Shown: positions 62,626 through 64,000 of the stretch, piece by piece
Numbering within the stretch: position 1 is the first letter of the stretch
Layout: every line of letters starts with the position of its first letter
Source: Eledone cirrhosa
Lineage: Eukaryota
DNA: 64,000 nucleotides
NCBI GenBank assembly: GCA_964016885.1
Contig: OZ024760.1
Location: 23,126,001 to 23,190,000, forward strand
Reading direction: 5' to 3'
Translations under genes and position numbers: made by a program
The notes under the pieces: model-generated
The model's input: only the letters and a program-made list of their open reading frames with translations
What the model was told of the DNA's origin: nothing
The model's database searches: none

Positions 62626-62628
<3 letters not shown>
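62395..62628. mobile_element. (TA)n-embedded element with a terminal fold-back; homologous to 57600-57792
   Basis: Shared acattgagttcttcatacggattggacactaccgtaaacttttggtagatttatct (inverted at 57601-57657); GAAAcgatcgTT stem III remnant at about 57708. Confidence 0.7.
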
Positions 62629-62692
<64 letters not shown>

Positions 62693-62712
62693 AGAGAGAC
62701 AGTGAGAGAGAG

Positions 62713-62920
62713 AGGAAAAGAGTCAGGATCCCGACGGCTGAGCTTCTGCTGTTTCGACAGATAGATCCGAAATAAGCCAGTTCGAATCTAGATGTCGAAA
62801 GGGCCGGACCTCAACCGTCGGGGTCCAGACTCTTTTCCTGTTACCCACTCTACTACCCTAAGTATCGAGTAATCTGGTGTGTTATGGTCCACCTGGTATC
62901 TTACTATAGCTTCTTTGTAA
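62713..62920 (+). mobile_element. Family I-related fold-back
   Basis: gtcGAAAgggcc..ccgTCggggtcc and the acccactctactaccctaagtatcgagta tail. Confidence 0.78.
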
Positions 62921-62954
<34 letters not shown>

Positions 62955-63125
62955 CTTAGGGTAAACATTGATGCAATTCAATTCAAGCACTCAACGTACT
63001 TTTTCCACATAGGAGTGACGGAGTAAATATCGAATAAGGAAACGCGAAGTAGTATCAGATGTTCTGCAATTCAATTCAAGCACTCAACGTACCTTTTCCA
63101 CATCTGAAACTACTTCGCTTATCCT

Positions 63126-63223
<98 letters not shown>

Positions 63224-64000
63224 AGTTGAGGGGACTAGCATATGTTTCACTGCTAGTATCGGTTGCGTCTCACCACATTCAATATGTAAAAATCCCCGAG
63301 TAGACAGAGAGATATTTGCTTCAATACAACAGTACGTGAATGAGTACCTGAAATCTATACCCGTGCTCGAGTTTCTGCCACACTTAAGGCACCAATAGAG
63401 TGCACAACATCCCCTATCTGCATCTATTATTCAACGATGCACAATTTGTGTATGTGGCTTCAGCAGCGCGTTTCTCCTAATCAATAACTAATCTGTCGAC
63501 ATAATTCAATTCCATTCCGTGTGGAAAAGTCTGGCTCTTTGGCAGGTATCTCTATATATTCTTTGTCTTTATTTTTCTACAAGTGGCTCCGACTTCAAAC
63601 GGTTCCACTAAGAAATCTGTATGTTTTATAATAAACTTTTTTTTGTCTTTCTGTCTCTTTCATTTTTTTTTTTTTTTTGAATGATAACATTTTACTCGTC
63701 TCTCAACAATTTTCCGTTTTTTTTTGAGAAATTTATTGCGATGTGATATGTCTACCTGGATGTTTCTCACGACAGATCGAAGCGAATTTAGACGGTAAGA
63801 GAGAGAGAGTGTGTGTTTGTGTGTGTGTGTGAGAGACAGAGAGAGAGAGAGAGAGATACAGACAGACAGCGTTTAGAGAGACAGACACACAGAGATGAGA
63901 GAGACAGATATTCAGAGAAATTGGGTGTGGCCAATTAACAAACGAAGATCAGAGCTGCGGGTGTGAACAAGAATGATATTGTAATACTAGCAAGAGATAC

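Overview
AT-rich, repeat-saturated eukaryotic (animal) DNA. The SINE families resemble those I recall from octopod cephalopods, which is an inference not checked against any database. I can support no intact host gene. The long ORFs in the track are artefacts of (TA)n/(CA)n/trinucleotide tracts and of 11-, 24- and 45-bp minisatellites. The window holds many tRNA-derived SINE copies, decayed LINE fragments (CR1-group, CRE, RTE-derived and an unassigned YADD fragment) and several minisatellites, two with higher-order structure. The main observation is a community of at least 8 mutually unrelated, short (150-550 bp), non-coding elements, nearly all embedded in (TA)n tracts. Many are fold-back (inverted) structures, and each family carries a minimal type I hammerhead ribozyme (stem I-CUGANGA-stem II-GAAA-short palindromic stem III-UH). 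They look like non-autonomous Penelope-like/retrozyme-like retroelements. Several families share a TTGAGTRCT motif downstream of the ribozyme, and several fold back inside the ribozyme's stem II. One copy is a two-family chimera, and one shows clustered A-to-G changes suggestive of ADAR editing. Family letters (A, B, C and so on) are my own labels. Element boundaries were read by eye and are approximate.
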